Shown piece after piece: positions 30,406-40,539 of a stretch of 64,000 nt of DNA. The notes under the pieces were generated by a model. The model searched no databases, was not told where the DNA came from, and was given only the letters and a program-made list of their open reading frames with translations. Position 1 is the first letter of the stretch; every line of letters starts with the position of its first letter. Origin of the DNA: an uncultured Clostridia bacterium (GTDB lineage Bacteria > Bacillota > Clostridia > TANB77 > CAG-508). The stretch spans positions 667 to 64,666 of the forward strand of contig CANQGU010000005.1 in the NCBI GenBank assembly GCA_947623465.1, in the 5' to 3' direction. The position numbers and the translations under genes were made by a program.

Positions 30406-31887
30406 TTAATTTATAACTCTCCTTGCTCCTGCATATCTTGCAGAATAATAACTATCTGATAAAGATGTTGTAATTACACCTTTTTTAGCATTTGCTGCAT
30501 GTAAAAATGTATTACTACCAATATATATTCCTACATGACCTATTTTTGAATTTGATGAATTATTAAATAATACTAAATCTCCTGGTTGTAATTCTGCTTT
30601 TGATACTCCTACACCATTTGATATTTGTGCAGAAGATGATCTATTTAATGTTATTCCAAAGTTTTTATATACATAGTATGTAAGTCCTGAACAGTCAAAT
30701 CCAGATGATGGAGATGCTCCTCCTGATACATACTTATATCCTAAATATTGTTTTGCAAAAGATACTATATCACTACCTGTAGTACCCGATGCAGAAGTAT
30801 TGCTAGATGATTTTGATGAACTTGAAGTTTCAGTATTATTTGTTTCTTCATTAGCTTGATTTATAGTATCGATTTTAGAATTTTCTCTTGTTATAGTTTC
30901 ACTTCTTGATGATATACTTGCTTTAGTATTAGATAAGAATTGATTTGCAACATATCCTGTAGTACCTTTGATAGTTATTTTTGACCATGTGCTATCTACT
31001 TCTTCTAAAACTGTAACTTCATCATTTAATGATAATTGTTTTACAATATTTGCATTGTTTTCAGGTTTTTCTCTAACATTTAATGTTTCTGTTGATACAT
31101 ATTTTACTGTAGATGATGTTTGTTCGTTTCCTGTAGTATTTTCTTCACCTGTTTGTGTATTATTTTCTTCACTTGCTTCGCCTGTTGTATTTTGAGCACT
31201 AACAGTTGCATCTGTTTTTACTTTACTTAATAATGCCCATCCTGAAATTTCATTTGTTTCAATATAGCACCATTTGTTTATTATTTCTTTTACTGAAATC
31301 TCAGTATTTTCATTTATTTTTCCAATTACACTTGAATTAATAGATGGTAATATTTTAACATCAACTGCTGAAAGTATTTTTCCTGTATATCCTGCTTGTA
31401 ATGTATTATTTTCTGTTGATTCAGTGTTTTCTTCTTGCACAGTAGAATCTGCATTTTCGTCTAAATCTGTATTTTCATTACTTGACTCTGTATTTTCATT
31501 ACTTGACTCTGAATTTTCTGTAGAGTTTGTTGTTGTATTTTCTACAGTTTCGTTAGATGTATTTTCTGTTTCTGAAGAAGTATTTTCTGTAGTTGTATCA
31601 TCTGTTGTGTTTTCTGAAGATGCATCTTCTTCTACAGAAAGTAAATCTTTTCTAATGTACCCTGTAGCACCATTATATGTTACTTTATACCATTCTCCTT
31701 CTTCACTAAGTATTTCAACTTCTACACCTTGAGAAAGTGAATCTACTACTTCGCTTGATGTTGATGCTTCTTTTCTTATTCTTGTTGAACTATTTAGTGT
31801 TTTTCCTGTTGTTGCATATACATTTGTACTTATAAATATTAATCCTATGCATAGTATATATATTATTATTTTAATTGATTGTTTCAT
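30406..31887 (-). CDS. Cell-wall hydrolase: signal peptide, SH3b repeats, low-complexity linkers, C-terminal NlpC/P60 domain
   Basis: SH3b-like blocks (EGEWYKVTYNGATGYIRKDLL; WSKITIKGTTGYVANQFL). The NlpC/P60 catalytic region is GFDCSGLTYYVYKNFGITLNRSS...GHVGIYIG. Start chosen at the second ATG (AGGAGA upstream). Confidence 0.85.
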   Translation of the reverse strand: MKQSIKIIIYILCIGLIFISTNVYATTGKTLNSSTRIRKEASTSSEVVDSLSQGVEVEILSEEGEWYKVTYNGATGYIRKDLLSVEEDASSENTTDDTTTENTSSETENTSNETVENTTTNSTENSESSNENTESSNENTDLDENADSTVQEENTESTENNTLQAGYTGKILSAVDVKILPSINSSVIGKINENTEISVKEIINKWCYIETNEISGWALLSKVKTDATVSAQNTTGEASEENNTQTGEENTTGNEQTSSTVKYVSTETLNVREKPENNANIVKQLSLNDEVTVLEEVDSTWSKITIKGTTGYVANQFLSNTKASISSRSETITRENSKIDTINQANEETNNTETSSSSKSSSNTSASGTTGSDIVSFAKQYLGYKYVSGGASPSSGFDCSGLTYYVYKNFGITLNRSSSAQISNGVGVSKAELQPGDLVLFNNSSNSKIGHVGIYIGSNTFLHAANAKKGVITTSLSDSYYSARYAGARRVIN

Positions 31888-31971
31888 AAATTTCTCCTGT
31901 TTCATTTTTTAATAAACGTAGTATATACTTTTTAAACAAAAAAGTCAACAATTTTCTACATAAAATATGAA

Positions 31972-34713
31972 CTATTTTTCATCACCTAATGAATTGATTT
32001 TCAATAGCTTAAATATTTCCACAATTATAAGTGGAGCTACTATTAAAGCTATAATTTCTATAATATTATCCATTGGCAATATTGGTATACTAAATAATGT
32101 TCTAAGTGCTGGAACAAGTAATACAACAAACATTAAAGCTGCAGAAAGCAATATTGCGCCTATTAAAATTTTATTTGCAAATATACTTGTTTTAAATGCT
32201 GATTTTTTATTATCTCTAATGTTAAATACATGAACTAATTCAGATAATGCCAAAACTATAAATGCCATTGTTTGACCTATTTCTATTTTTGTTTCATCAA
32301 GTGTCAAACCATCTATTGGCTCACTTGTTGTTGCTAAACCTATTATAAATGCTATTAAAGTTATTATTCCAATCATTATTCCTTGGTAAACAATTCTATA
32401 TGTCATTGATTTTGTAAATATTCCTTTTCCTGTTTTAGTTGGTTTTCTTTCCATTATGCCCTCATTTGCAGGGTCAAATGCTAATGCTAAAGCAGGTAAT
32501 GAATCTGTTATTAAATTTATCCATAATATATGAATTGGCATTAATATTGCTAAATGTGAAATATCTGTTATTCCAAACCATTTTGCGAAAAGTGTTGTTC
32601 CTAATGTTGCTAAAAGTAAAACTACTATTTCTCCAATATTGCTTGCAAGTAAAAATTGAATTACTTTTAAAATATTGTCATATATTCTTCTTCCTTCTTC
32701 TACTGCTGACACAACAGTTGCAAAGTTGTCATCTGTTAAAATTACATCTGCTGCTTCTTTTGCAACATCAGTACCTACAATTCCCATACTACAACCAATA
32801 TCTGCCTGTTTTAAAGAAGGACTGTCATTTACTCCGTCACCTGTCATTGCAACAACTTCTCCTTGTTTTTGCCAAGCCTTTACTATACGTACTTTATGTT
32901 CTGGTGCAACTCTTGCATAAACTGAGTAATTTCTAATATTTTTTTCTAATTCCTCATCTGATATTTTGTCAAGCTCTAAGCCTGTTATTGCTTCTTTTTC
33001 GTCTTCTAAAATTCCTAATTTTTTAGCAATAGCTGTTGCTGTAACTTTATGGTCTCCTGTAATCATTACTGTTTTTATTCCTGCACGTTTACATTTATCT
33101 ACTGCTTGTTTTGCCTCATCTCTTGGTGGATCTATCATTCCATATAAACCTACAAATGTTAAATTATTTTCTAATTCTTCTTTAAGTGGCTTATGGTCTA
33201 ACTCTTTATAGGCAAATGCTAAAACTCTTAAGGCATCTCTTGCCATTTTTTCATTTATATCAAAAATTTTTGATTTATAGCTTTCTAAATCTTCTTTTAT
33301 TTCGCTATTTTGTATATATGATGTAGAAATATTAAGTAATTCATCTACTCCACCTTTTGTAAATACTATATATTTTTCATTTACTTTATGAACAGTTGTC
33401 ATTAACTTTCTTTCTGAATCAAATGGAATTTCATCTACTCTTGGCATTTCATCATATATATTTTTTGTAAACCCTAATTTTAATGCGATATCAACTAAGG
33501 CTGTTTCTGTTGGGTCACCTGTTAAGCTACCATCTTCTGCAATTTTTGTGTCATTACACAACATCCCATTATATACAAGTAATTTTATTTCTTGGTTTTC
33601 ATTATTGTATTTTATTATATCGCTTTCTTCGTTTAAATTTGAAACATCATAAACATCATTATCTACAAATATTTTTTGTACTGTCATTTGATTTTTAGTT
33701 AATGTTCCTGTTTTATCTGAACATATAACTGTTGCGCTTCCAAGTGTTTCAACTGCAGGCAAATGCTTTACTATAGCATTTTTCTTAACCATTTTTTGCA
33801 CACCAATTGCTAAAACAATTGTTGAAACTGCAGCTAAACCTTCTGGAATTGCTGCAACTGCTAAACTTACAGCTGTCATAAACATTGAAACAACAGGTTT
33901 TCCTTGTAATAAACCTACTCCAAAAATCACAAAACATATAACTAATGCAACTATTCCTAAAGTTTTTCCTAAATTGTTAAGTTTTATTTGAAGTGGAGTT
34001 TGTTTTTCTTCTTGATTTGAAAGCATTCCTGCTATTTTTCCCACTTCTGTTGTCATACCTGTTTCTACTACAATTCCTTTTCCTCTACCATAGGTAACAA
34101 GACTTGAAGAAAATAACATATTTGTTTTATCTCCAATAGGAACTTCTATTTCTTCTATTTTTTCTGCTTGCTTTTCTACCGGAACAGACTCCCCTGTAAG
34201 TGATGCTTCTTGTACTTTCAAATTTATTGCATCTATAATTCTTAAATCTGCCGGAACATAATCTCCTGTGTCTAATATAACAATATCACCCGGAACTAAG
34301 TCGCTACTTGGAATAACGGCCACTTTTCCATTTCTTAATACTTTAGCTTCATGTCCGCTTAATTTTTGCAATGCTTCTAAAGATTTTTCTGCTTTAGCTT
34401 CTTGTGCAACTCCAATTATGGCATTAAATATTACAACTATTAAAATTATAATAGAATCTGTAATTCCTTCTCCTTGTGCAATAGAAACTGCACCTGAAAC
34501 AATTGCTGCAATAATTAAAACTATAATCATAAAATCTTTAAATTGTTCTAAGAATTTTTGAAATAAAGATTTTTTCTTTTCTGCTTTTAATTCATTTAAA
34601 CCATATTTTTCGATTCTTTTATTTACTTCTGCTTGATTTAAGCCATTTTGCAAAGATGTTTCAAGTTCTTTTTCAGTTTCTTCAACTGTCATATTAAACC
34701 ACTTTTTTTCCAT
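31972..34713 (-). CDS. P-type cation-transporting ATPase (Ca2+-ATPase-like, type II)
   Basis: 913 aa. TGES, CSDKTGTLT, MITGDH, TGDGVNDSPSLKQADIG, and 10 predicted TM segments. Confidence 0.9.
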   Translation of the reverse strand: MEKKWFNMTVEETEKELETSLQNGLNQAEVNKRIEKYGLNELKAEKKKSLFQKFLEQFKDFMIIVLIIAAIVSGAVSIAQGEGITDSIIILIVVIFNAIIGVAQEAKAEKSLEALQKLSGHEAKVLRNGKVAVIPSSDLVPGDIVILDTGDYVPADLRIIDAINLKVQEASLTGESVPVEKQAEKIEEIEVPIGDKTNMLFSSSLVTYGRGKGIVVETGMTTEVGKIAGMLSNQEEKQTPLQIKLNNLGKTLGIVALVICFVIFGVGLLQGKPVVSMFMTAVSLAVAAIPEGLAAVSTIVLAIGVQKMVKKNAIVKHLPAVETLGSATVICSDKTGTLTKNQMTVQKIFVDNDVYDVSNLNEESDIIKYNNENQEIKLLVYNGMLCNDTKIAEDGSLTGDPTETALVDIALKLGFTKNIYDEMPRVDEIPFDSERKLMTTVHKVNEKYIVFTKGGVDELLNISTSYIQNSEIKEDLESYKSKIFDINEKMARDALRVLAFAYKELDHKPLKEELENNLTFVGLYGMIDPPRDEAKQAVDKCKRAGIKTVMITGDHKVTATAIAKKLGILEDEKEAITGLELDKISDEELEKNIRNYSVYARVAPEHKVRIVKAWQKQGEVVAMTGDGVNDSPSLKQADIGCSMGIVGTDVAKEAADVILTDDNFATVVSAVEEGRRIYDNILKVIQFLLASNIGEIVVLLLATLGTTLFAKWFGITDISHLAILMPIHILWINLITDSLPALALAFDPANEGIMERKPTKTGKGIFTKSMTYRIVYQGIMIGIITLIAFIIGLATTSEPIDGLTLDETKIEIGQTMAFIVLALSELVHVFNIRDNKKSAFKTSIFANKILIGAILLSAALMFVVLLVPALRTLFSIPILPMDNIIEIIALIVAPLIIVEIFKLLKINSLGDEK

Positions 34714-34860
34714 ACAAATTCATCCTTTCTATAAAAATTCCAATTTGTTACAAAATTGGAATTTTGCCCTGTTTAACCGCACATTATTTTAAAGAACATT
34801 GGTCCCCCTTTTAAGGATATCCACCAATTTTCTTTAAAATAATATGCTGACGCGGGCAAA
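34714..34860 (-). promoter_or_regulatory. Structured 5' leader (riboswitch/attenuator candidate) with terminator-like hairpin upstream of the P-type ATPase
   Basis: On the minus strand, the closing helix TTTGCCC...GGGCAAA encloses a long imperfect hairpin (GCATATTATTTTAAAGAA / TTCTTTAAAATAATGTGC; ATTGGT / ACCAAT; apical loop GGATATCCTTAAAAGGGGG). A 12-bp hairpin AAATTCCAATTT-tgtaac-AAATTGGAATTT follows and runs into TTTTTAT, then the RBS AAAGGA. Confidence 0.45.
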
Positions 34861-34861
34861 A

Positions 34862-35347
34862 TTATTTTTTTGTAAAAATTACAACTTTACTTAATATAAA
34901 ATTTAGTATTATTACTACTATATTAGCTATTACCTTCATTAATATGTCATTTATATGTAGCCATATTGCCATATTCATCATTAATATACTTAATATTTCT
35001 GTAAATATTCTACACCCTGTAAATGATGTTATTTCTTTTATTAATTCTTGAATACTATTTGTTTTACTTTTAAATACATATAGCTTATTTGTAATATATG
35101 CAAATATTATTGATATTATAAATGATATTATTTCACTTATATTTACTTTTAAACTTTCACTTGGAAGCCATCTTAAAATTAAGCTTGCAAATATTGCATA
35201 TGAAATTATATTTACAAATGTTGATAATGCACCAAAAATTAGGTATCTCATCCCTTCTTGGTGCTTTCTGTACCAGTTAGCTATTACTCCTAATTTTATT
35301 TTTTCTAATATTTTTAACGCTAATTCTTCTATTTTATCTACTAACAT
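34862..35347 (-). CDS. GtrA family membrane protein
   Basis: 161 aa, 4 TM. YLIFGALSTFVNIISYAIF and a C-terminal KVVIF are typical of GtrA-like proteins. Confidence 0.8.
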   Translation of the reverse strand: MLVDKIEELALKILEKIKLGVIANWYRKHQEGMRYLIFGALSTFVNIISYAIFASLILRWLPSESLKVNISEIISFIISIIFAYITNKLYVFKSKTNSIQELIKEITSFTGCRIFTEILSILMMNMAIWLHINDILMKVIANIVVIILNFILSKVVIFTKK

Positions 35348-35485
35348 TTTTTGCTCCTTTATATACTTAGTTAAATATCATAATACAAATTAAAAAATTA
35401 CTTTTATTTTGTATTTTTCACTTTTTGAATTTTATCATATATATATTTTTTTTACAAGACTTATAATATTATTAAAATTTTTAAT

Positions 35486-35520
35486 ACCAAAAAAAAGGAT
35501 TATTTTTTCAATAATCCTTT
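35486..35520 (-). terminator. Rho-independent terminator of spoVG
   Basis: Minus-strand stem AAAGGATTAT / ATAATCCTTT followed by TTTTTTTTGG. Confidence 0.7.
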
Positions 35521-35535
35521 TTCCTTTATTCTTAA

Positions 35536-35808
35536 TTATTCAGCTTCTCCTTCAGCTTCAGGAGCATTGTAAGCTTCTAATATAGCAGTTTGAATTTTTT
35601 CCCTTGTTTCAGGGTTAATTGGATGAGCTATATCCTTGAATTCTCCTGTTGGAGTTTTTTTGCTAGGCATAGCAATGAATAATCCATTTGTGCTTTCTAT
35701 AACTTTGATGTCATGAATTACGAATTCATTATCGAATGTTACAGAAGCAACTGCTTTCATTCTGTTTTCAGAATTAACCTTTCTTAAACGTACGTCTGTT
35801 ATTTGCAT
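35536..35808 (-). CDS. spoVG: Septation/regulatory protein SpoVG
   Basis: [48 protein letters not shown] is near-canonical SpoVG. GAGGTG lies upstream of the ATG at 35808. Confidence 0.9.
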   Translation of the reverse strand: MQITDVRLRKVNSENRMKAVASVTFDNEFVIHDIKVIESTNGLFIAMPSKKTPTGEFKDIAHPINPETREKIQTAILEAYNAPEAEGEAE

Positions 35809-35991
35809 TTTAAGCACCTCTTTCTTTAAGTAATAAATTTTATTTGTACATACTTACTTACTTTTATGTACTATTTATATTATTCTTCAAAAAGATTTTT
35901 TTTCCTTCTTTTTTTTACAAATTTTTTTAAATTTTTTTATAAAAAATTTTATTTGTATATTGTCTTTTTCTGTGTACATTTTTTGTTAATT

Positions 35992-36720
35992 TTATTCTAA
36001 AATTTCTTTTAATGCTTCTTCTTGATTTATTTTTTCTTGTTCATTTTCACTTATAAAGTATATTTCTTTGTTTTCTGATGTTAACATTTCATATGGGGTA
36101 TATGGATCCATATCTTCAAATGGATTTTCTACAACTTCTCCTGTTACTTCGTCTAAAATATAGTATTTCGAGCTTATGTCAATTATATATAAATTGTTTG
36201 ATGTAATCATTTGCTTTATTTTTTCGTCATATTCGTTCATATTAAATGTTTCTTTTTGAATTAAATATCCTTCATTATCAATGCTATATTTTGCTTTTGC
36301 AATATTTTTTAATAATGATAAAATTTTGTCTTTTGAATTTTCTTCTAACCATATACCTGTATGCTTTGGTGCATTATTTAATATTTCATTTATTTCTGAA
36401 AATTCTGGTTTTTGCTTTTTTATTACTCCACTAAGTGCAACCTTATATTGAATAGAATCTTTTATTGTTAAAGTTTCTCTACCGTCATATTCTGTAACTA
36501 CTTGATACATATCGTCTTTTCCTGTAAATCCTAAATTATCTGTAATTTCGTTAATTTTTTGCTCATCCTCTTCAACAACATTTTCTTCTACTTCGTTATA
36601 ATCAATTGGAAGTGAAGATATATCTTCACTTCCTACTTTTTTTCGATTATAGATTATGAAGAAAATAGTTGCTATTATTATTAATACGATTAAACAAATT
36701 ATTATTATTTTTTTCTTCAT
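35992..36720 (-). CDS. Hypothetical membrane-anchored protein (242 aa)
   Basis: N-terminal TM helix (KIIIICLIVLIIIATIFFII) and an acidic extracellular part. No motif recognised. Confidence 0.6.
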   Translation of the reverse strand: MKKKIIIICLIVLIIIATIFFIIYNRKKVGSEDISSLPIDYNEVEENVVEEDEQKINEITDNLGFTGKDDMYQVVTEYDGRETLTIKDSIQYKVALSGVIKKQKPEFSEINEILNNAPKHTGIWLEENSKDKILSLLKNIAKAKYSIDNEGYLIQKETFNMNEYDEKIKQMITSNNLYIIDISSKYYILDEVTGEVVENPFEDMDPYTPYEMLTSENKEIYFISENEQEKINQEEALKEILE

Positions 36721-36767
36721 TTATATTAAGCTTATTTGTTTATAAGCTTTCCTCCCCTCTATAAACC

Positions 36768-39500
36768 TTAATACATTTCTCTTAAAATGCTAAGTGTAGC
36801 ATTAATATAACCATCAGATAATCCCCAAGATGATACTTGTGATGAATTTGAAACTGCAGGTAGTTCAACTAAACAAGACCTCGCTGCTCTTCCTCCGTAT
36901 CCTAGGTTGCTTCTTGCCCAATTTACTAAGTAACCTTGTCCATAAGAGTAAATATGTTTTCCTAGTCCAAGATATGAACGATATTTTGAACCAATCCACT
37001 CATCTCCGATAGTTTCATTTAACCATCCATGTAAATCTACTACAACAGTTTGTCCATTTGTTGCTCTTCTACCTAGCATAAAATCTCTTAAAGCTCTAGC
37101 TTCACAACTTTGAAATGGTTCTGTACCATTATAATTTCTGTTACCTGTTTCTCTTTTATATCCTACAGACCAACATCTATTTATATCAATTCCTTTATGC
37201 CCAGGTGCATCAGACCATAATGATGTTCTTCCAGGTCCATTGTTTGTATACCCATGATACTCTCCATCCGGATTTACAGATGGTAATAGGTAAATTGACC
37301 ATTTTTTAGCTAAATTTCCATCTTGCATTGAAAGTAATCTATCTTTAAAGTTTTCTGCAATTCTTGTTAACTCTTGACCATCATATGACCATTTGTCTTC
37401 AAATCCATGTACTGCAAATGTTCCAAAAAATACATTTGGTCCATTTCCTATTCTATACCATTTAAGTGTGCTTCCATTACTGTCACCTTTTAATTTTAAA
37501 CCACTGTATCCATATGTTCCTTCTTCTAATTCTACAACTGTTACTGGGTCAAATACAAATCTTTGAGTATCTGGTTTATAACCTTCATTTATTTCTACAT
37601 TTGTTCCACAACCTGCATTTGCACTTTCTACAGTTAAAAATTTATCATTACATGCAGATATTATGTTATATATCCCGTAACCTTCATGCCTTATTATCCA
37701 TTTTTGAGCATCTGATCCATTGTAATCATATTGCCATACATTTGCACCATTTGAACCATTTCCATTAGCTACATCTAATGCTTTTTTAGATTTTGCAGAT
37801 ACTATTGAATAGTAACCATCTCCTATATATGTAACTTTAAATTTTTGTTGTAATACATCAGTATAGGTCCATGTCTGTACATTTGCTTTATTTGCAGTAG
37901 ACCCACCAGATATATCTAAAACTGTATCTCTTTTTTGCAACATTGCTATTTTGTAATATCCATCACTTACAGTTCTACTACCCACTATTACATCTGTATG
38001 ATTAAATTTAAATTTTTGGGCAGTTGAATTATTTGCATCATATAACCAAACATTAGCACCATCTCTATTTGAAGCATTTGATATATCTAAATATAATGTA
38101 TCACACAGTGCTGAAGCAATATAACAATATCCATCATTGTCTTTTGCAATTATCCACTTTTGAGCATTTGTGTTGTTATTTTCATATTGCCATACATTAG
38201 CTCCACATACAGCTGCTCCGTTGGCTACATCTAACATTTTCTTAGATAAAACATTTTGTATAGTATAATATCCGTTTCCATCATATGTTACTTTAAATTT
38301 TTGTTGCTTTACATTTGCATTACTCCATATTTGTACATTAGCTTTATTTTCTTTTGAAGCTGAAGATATATCTAAAATCTTACCGTCATCTAATTTTGTA
38401 CTTATTGTATAATATCCACTTTCTATGGTTTTTTCTGGTATTACTGCAGTTGTCTCAGTAAATTTAAATTTTTGTTTATCTGTTCCAGTTTTATTACTTA
38501 TTCTAATATTTGTACCATTTTTAATAATTGTATTTTCTGCATCTAAATATAAATTACCTAATTTTGAAATGATATAATAATAGCCTTTTTCTTCTGCCTC
38601 TTTTATAATCCATGATTGTGCATTTGTTCCATTTGCTTCATATTGCCATACATTTGTACCGCTTTTAGCTATTCCATTTTCTACATCTAAAACTTTTTTA
38701 GATAAAACATTTTTTATGGTATAATATCCATTTCCATTATATGTTACTTTAAATTTTTGTTGCTTTTCATTAACATTATCCCAAAGTTGAATATTTGCTC
38801 TATTACTTGCTGATGCAGTTGACACATCTAAAATTTTGTTGTTATTTGATTTTGTACTTATTGTATAATATCCATCGTCTATTGTTCGCTCACCTATTAT
38901 TACTTCAGTTTCAGTAAATTTAAACTTTTGTGAAGTCTTGCCATTTTCATTACTTATTCTAACATTTGTACCATTTATAGGTGTATTTTCTTCTACATCT
39001 AAATATAAGCCACCTAATTTTGAAACTATATAATAATAGCCTTCTTCTTCTGCCTCTTTTATTATCCATGATTGTGCATCTGTTCCATTTGCTTCATATT
39101 GCCACACATTTGTACCACTTTTAGCTGTTCCATTTGCTACATCTAAAACCTTATTAGATAAAGCATTTTTTATAGTATAGTATCCATTTCCATTAGGTGT
39201 TACTTTAAATATTTGTTGTTTTTCATTAACATTATCCCAAAGTTGAATATTGGCTGTATTACTTGTTGATGCACCTTTTACATCTAGTACTTTTTTCTCG
39301 TTTAATGCTGTGCTTATATAAAAATATCCATTTAAAGTAGTTTGTTTTGTTAGAGATACTCTATTTTGTTCGCTTCCTGCTATATTTTGTTGTGTAGAAT
39401 TATTGCTATTTTCTACTGCCTTTGTATCTTTAATACATACCATATTTAATAAAAAAAATATTACTATCCCAATAATTATTATCTTTTCTATTTTTTTCAT
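36768..39500 (-). CDS. Secreted protein: about five ricin-B (beta-trefoil) lectin modules fused to an M14-like zinc carboxypeptidase domain
   Basis: Signal peptide. Repeats of the form NGYYTIKN.LS.KVLDV.NG.AKSGTNVWQYEANGT.AQ.W.I (QxW type). The C-terminal domain has HGFE, NPDG and DLHGW motifs in the order expected for the M14 zinc ligands. Confidence 0.75.
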   Translation of the reverse strand: MKKIEKIIIIGIVIFFLLNMVCIKDTKAVENSNNSTQQNIAGSEQNRVSLTKQTTLNGYFYISTALNEKKVLDVKGASTSNTANIQLWDNVNEKQQIFKVTPNGNGYYTIKNALSNKVLDVANGTAKSGTNVWQYEANGTDAQSWIIKEAEEEGYYYIVSKLGGLYLDVEENTPINGTNVRISNENGKTSQKFKFTETEVIIGERTIDDGYYTISTKSNNNKILDVSTASASNRANIQLWDNVNEKQQKFKVTYNGNGYYTIKNVLSKKVLDVENGIAKSGTNVWQYEANGTNAQSWIIKEAEEKGYYYIISKLGNLYLDAENTIIKNGTNIRISNKTGTDKQKFKFTETTAVIPEKTIESGYYTISTKLDDGKILDISSASKENKANVQIWSNANVKQQKFKVTYDGNGYYTIQNVLSKKMLDVANGAAVCGANVWQYENNNTNAQKWIIAKDNDGYCYIASALCDTLYLDISNASNRDGANVWLYDANNSTAQKFKFNHTDVIVGSRTVSDGYYKIAMLQKRDTVLDISGGSTANKANVQTWTYTDVLQQKFKVTYIGDGYYSIVSAKSKKALDVANGNGSNGANVWQYDYNGSDAQKWIIRHEGYGIYNIISACNDKFLTVESANAGCGTNVEINEGYKPDTQRFVFDPVTVVELEEGTYGYSGLKLKGDSNGSTLKWYRIGNGPNVFFGTFAVHGFEDKWSYDGQELTRIAENFKDRLLSMQDGNLAKKWSIYLLPSVNPDGEYHGYTNNGPGRTSLWSDAPGHKGIDINRCWSVGYKRETGNRNYNGTEPFQSCEARALRDFMLGRRATNGQTVVVDLHGWLNETIGDEWIGSKYRSYLGLGKHIYSYGQGYLVNWARSNLGYGGRAARSCLVELPAVSNSSQVSSWGLSDGYINATLSILREMY

Positions 39501-39560
39501 CCTTGTATTCCTTTCCTTCTCATAAATATATTTTATACTTAATTTTAATTTTTTTCAATG

Positions 39561-40514
39561 TTATTTTTTGGTATCATATAATTCTTTTTCTCCATTATAC
39601 TCGTTTACAAAATATAATGGTCTATTTTTAGTTTCTTTAAATATTCTTCCTAAATATTCCCCAACAATTCCAAATAATAATATTTGAATTCCAGAGAAAA
39701 ATAGAATTAATAAAATTATTGCTTGAAAAGCTTGTACCATAGTATGTGTTATAATACATTTTGCAATTACGTATGCAGTATATACTACAAGTAATATAAA
39801 TGTCGGAACTGCTATATATGTTGCTAAATGTAATGGTGATGTTGTAAAAGATGTTATTCCATTTATAGCTAAATCTATTAATTTCATATAATTCCACTTT
39901 GTTTTTCCGGCTACTCTTTCTGGTCTATCAAATAATACTTCTTTTTTCTTATATCCTATCCAGCTAAACATACTTTTTAAGCATCTTTCTGACTCTTTCA
40001 TTTTTTTTAGAGCATTAACACATCTTTTATCTATTAATCTAAAATTTCCTGTATCTCTTTGAATTTCAATATTTGTCATTTTTTGCAATACTTTATAGTA
40101 CATTTTAGCTGTAAATTTTTTTAAAAATGTTTCACCTTTTCTGCTTCTTCTTTTAGCATATACATCATCATATCCTTCTTCCCAGTATTTTATAAGTTCT
40201 GGAATTAGTTCTGGTGGGTCTTGCATGTCTGCATCCATAAAAATTGCACAATCTCCTGTTACATAGTCTAAACCTGCTGCCATAGCAATTTCTTGTCCAA
40301 AATTTCTAGTAAAATCTACATAATTAAATCTTTTATCTTTTTCTCTATATCCTTTTATCATTTCAAGTGATTTGTCTTTGCTTCCATCATTTACAAATAA
40401 AATTTCAAAATCGTAATTTTGCATTTGGTTCATTATTTCATTTAATTTTTCATATAAAAATGGTAAAGATTCTTCTTCATTATATGTTGGAATTATTATA
40501 CTTATTTTTTTCAT
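39561..40514 (-). CDS. GT2 polyprenyl-phosphate glycosyltransferase (GtrB/CsbB-like)
   Basis: ISIIIPTYNEEESL and FMDADMQDPPE (DxD), plus two C-terminal TM helices. Confidence 0.85.
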   Translation of the reverse strand: MKKISIIIPTYNEEESLPFLYEKLNEIMNQMQNYDFEILFVNDGSKDKSLEMIKGYREKDKRFNYVDFTRNFGQEIAMAAGLDYVTGDCAIFMDADMQDPPELIPELIKYWEEGYDDVYAKRRSRKGETFLKKFTAKMYYKVLQKMTNIEIQRDTGNFRLIDKRCVNALKKMKESERCLKSMFSWIGYKKKEVLFDRPERVAGKTKWNYMKLIDLAINGITSFTTSPLHLATYIAVPTFILLVVYTAYVIAKCIITHTMVQAFQAIILLILFFSGIQILLFGIVGEYLGRIFKETKNRPLYFVNEYNGEKELYDTKK

Positions 40515-40539
40515 TTTTTATAGTCTCCTTATTATTAAA

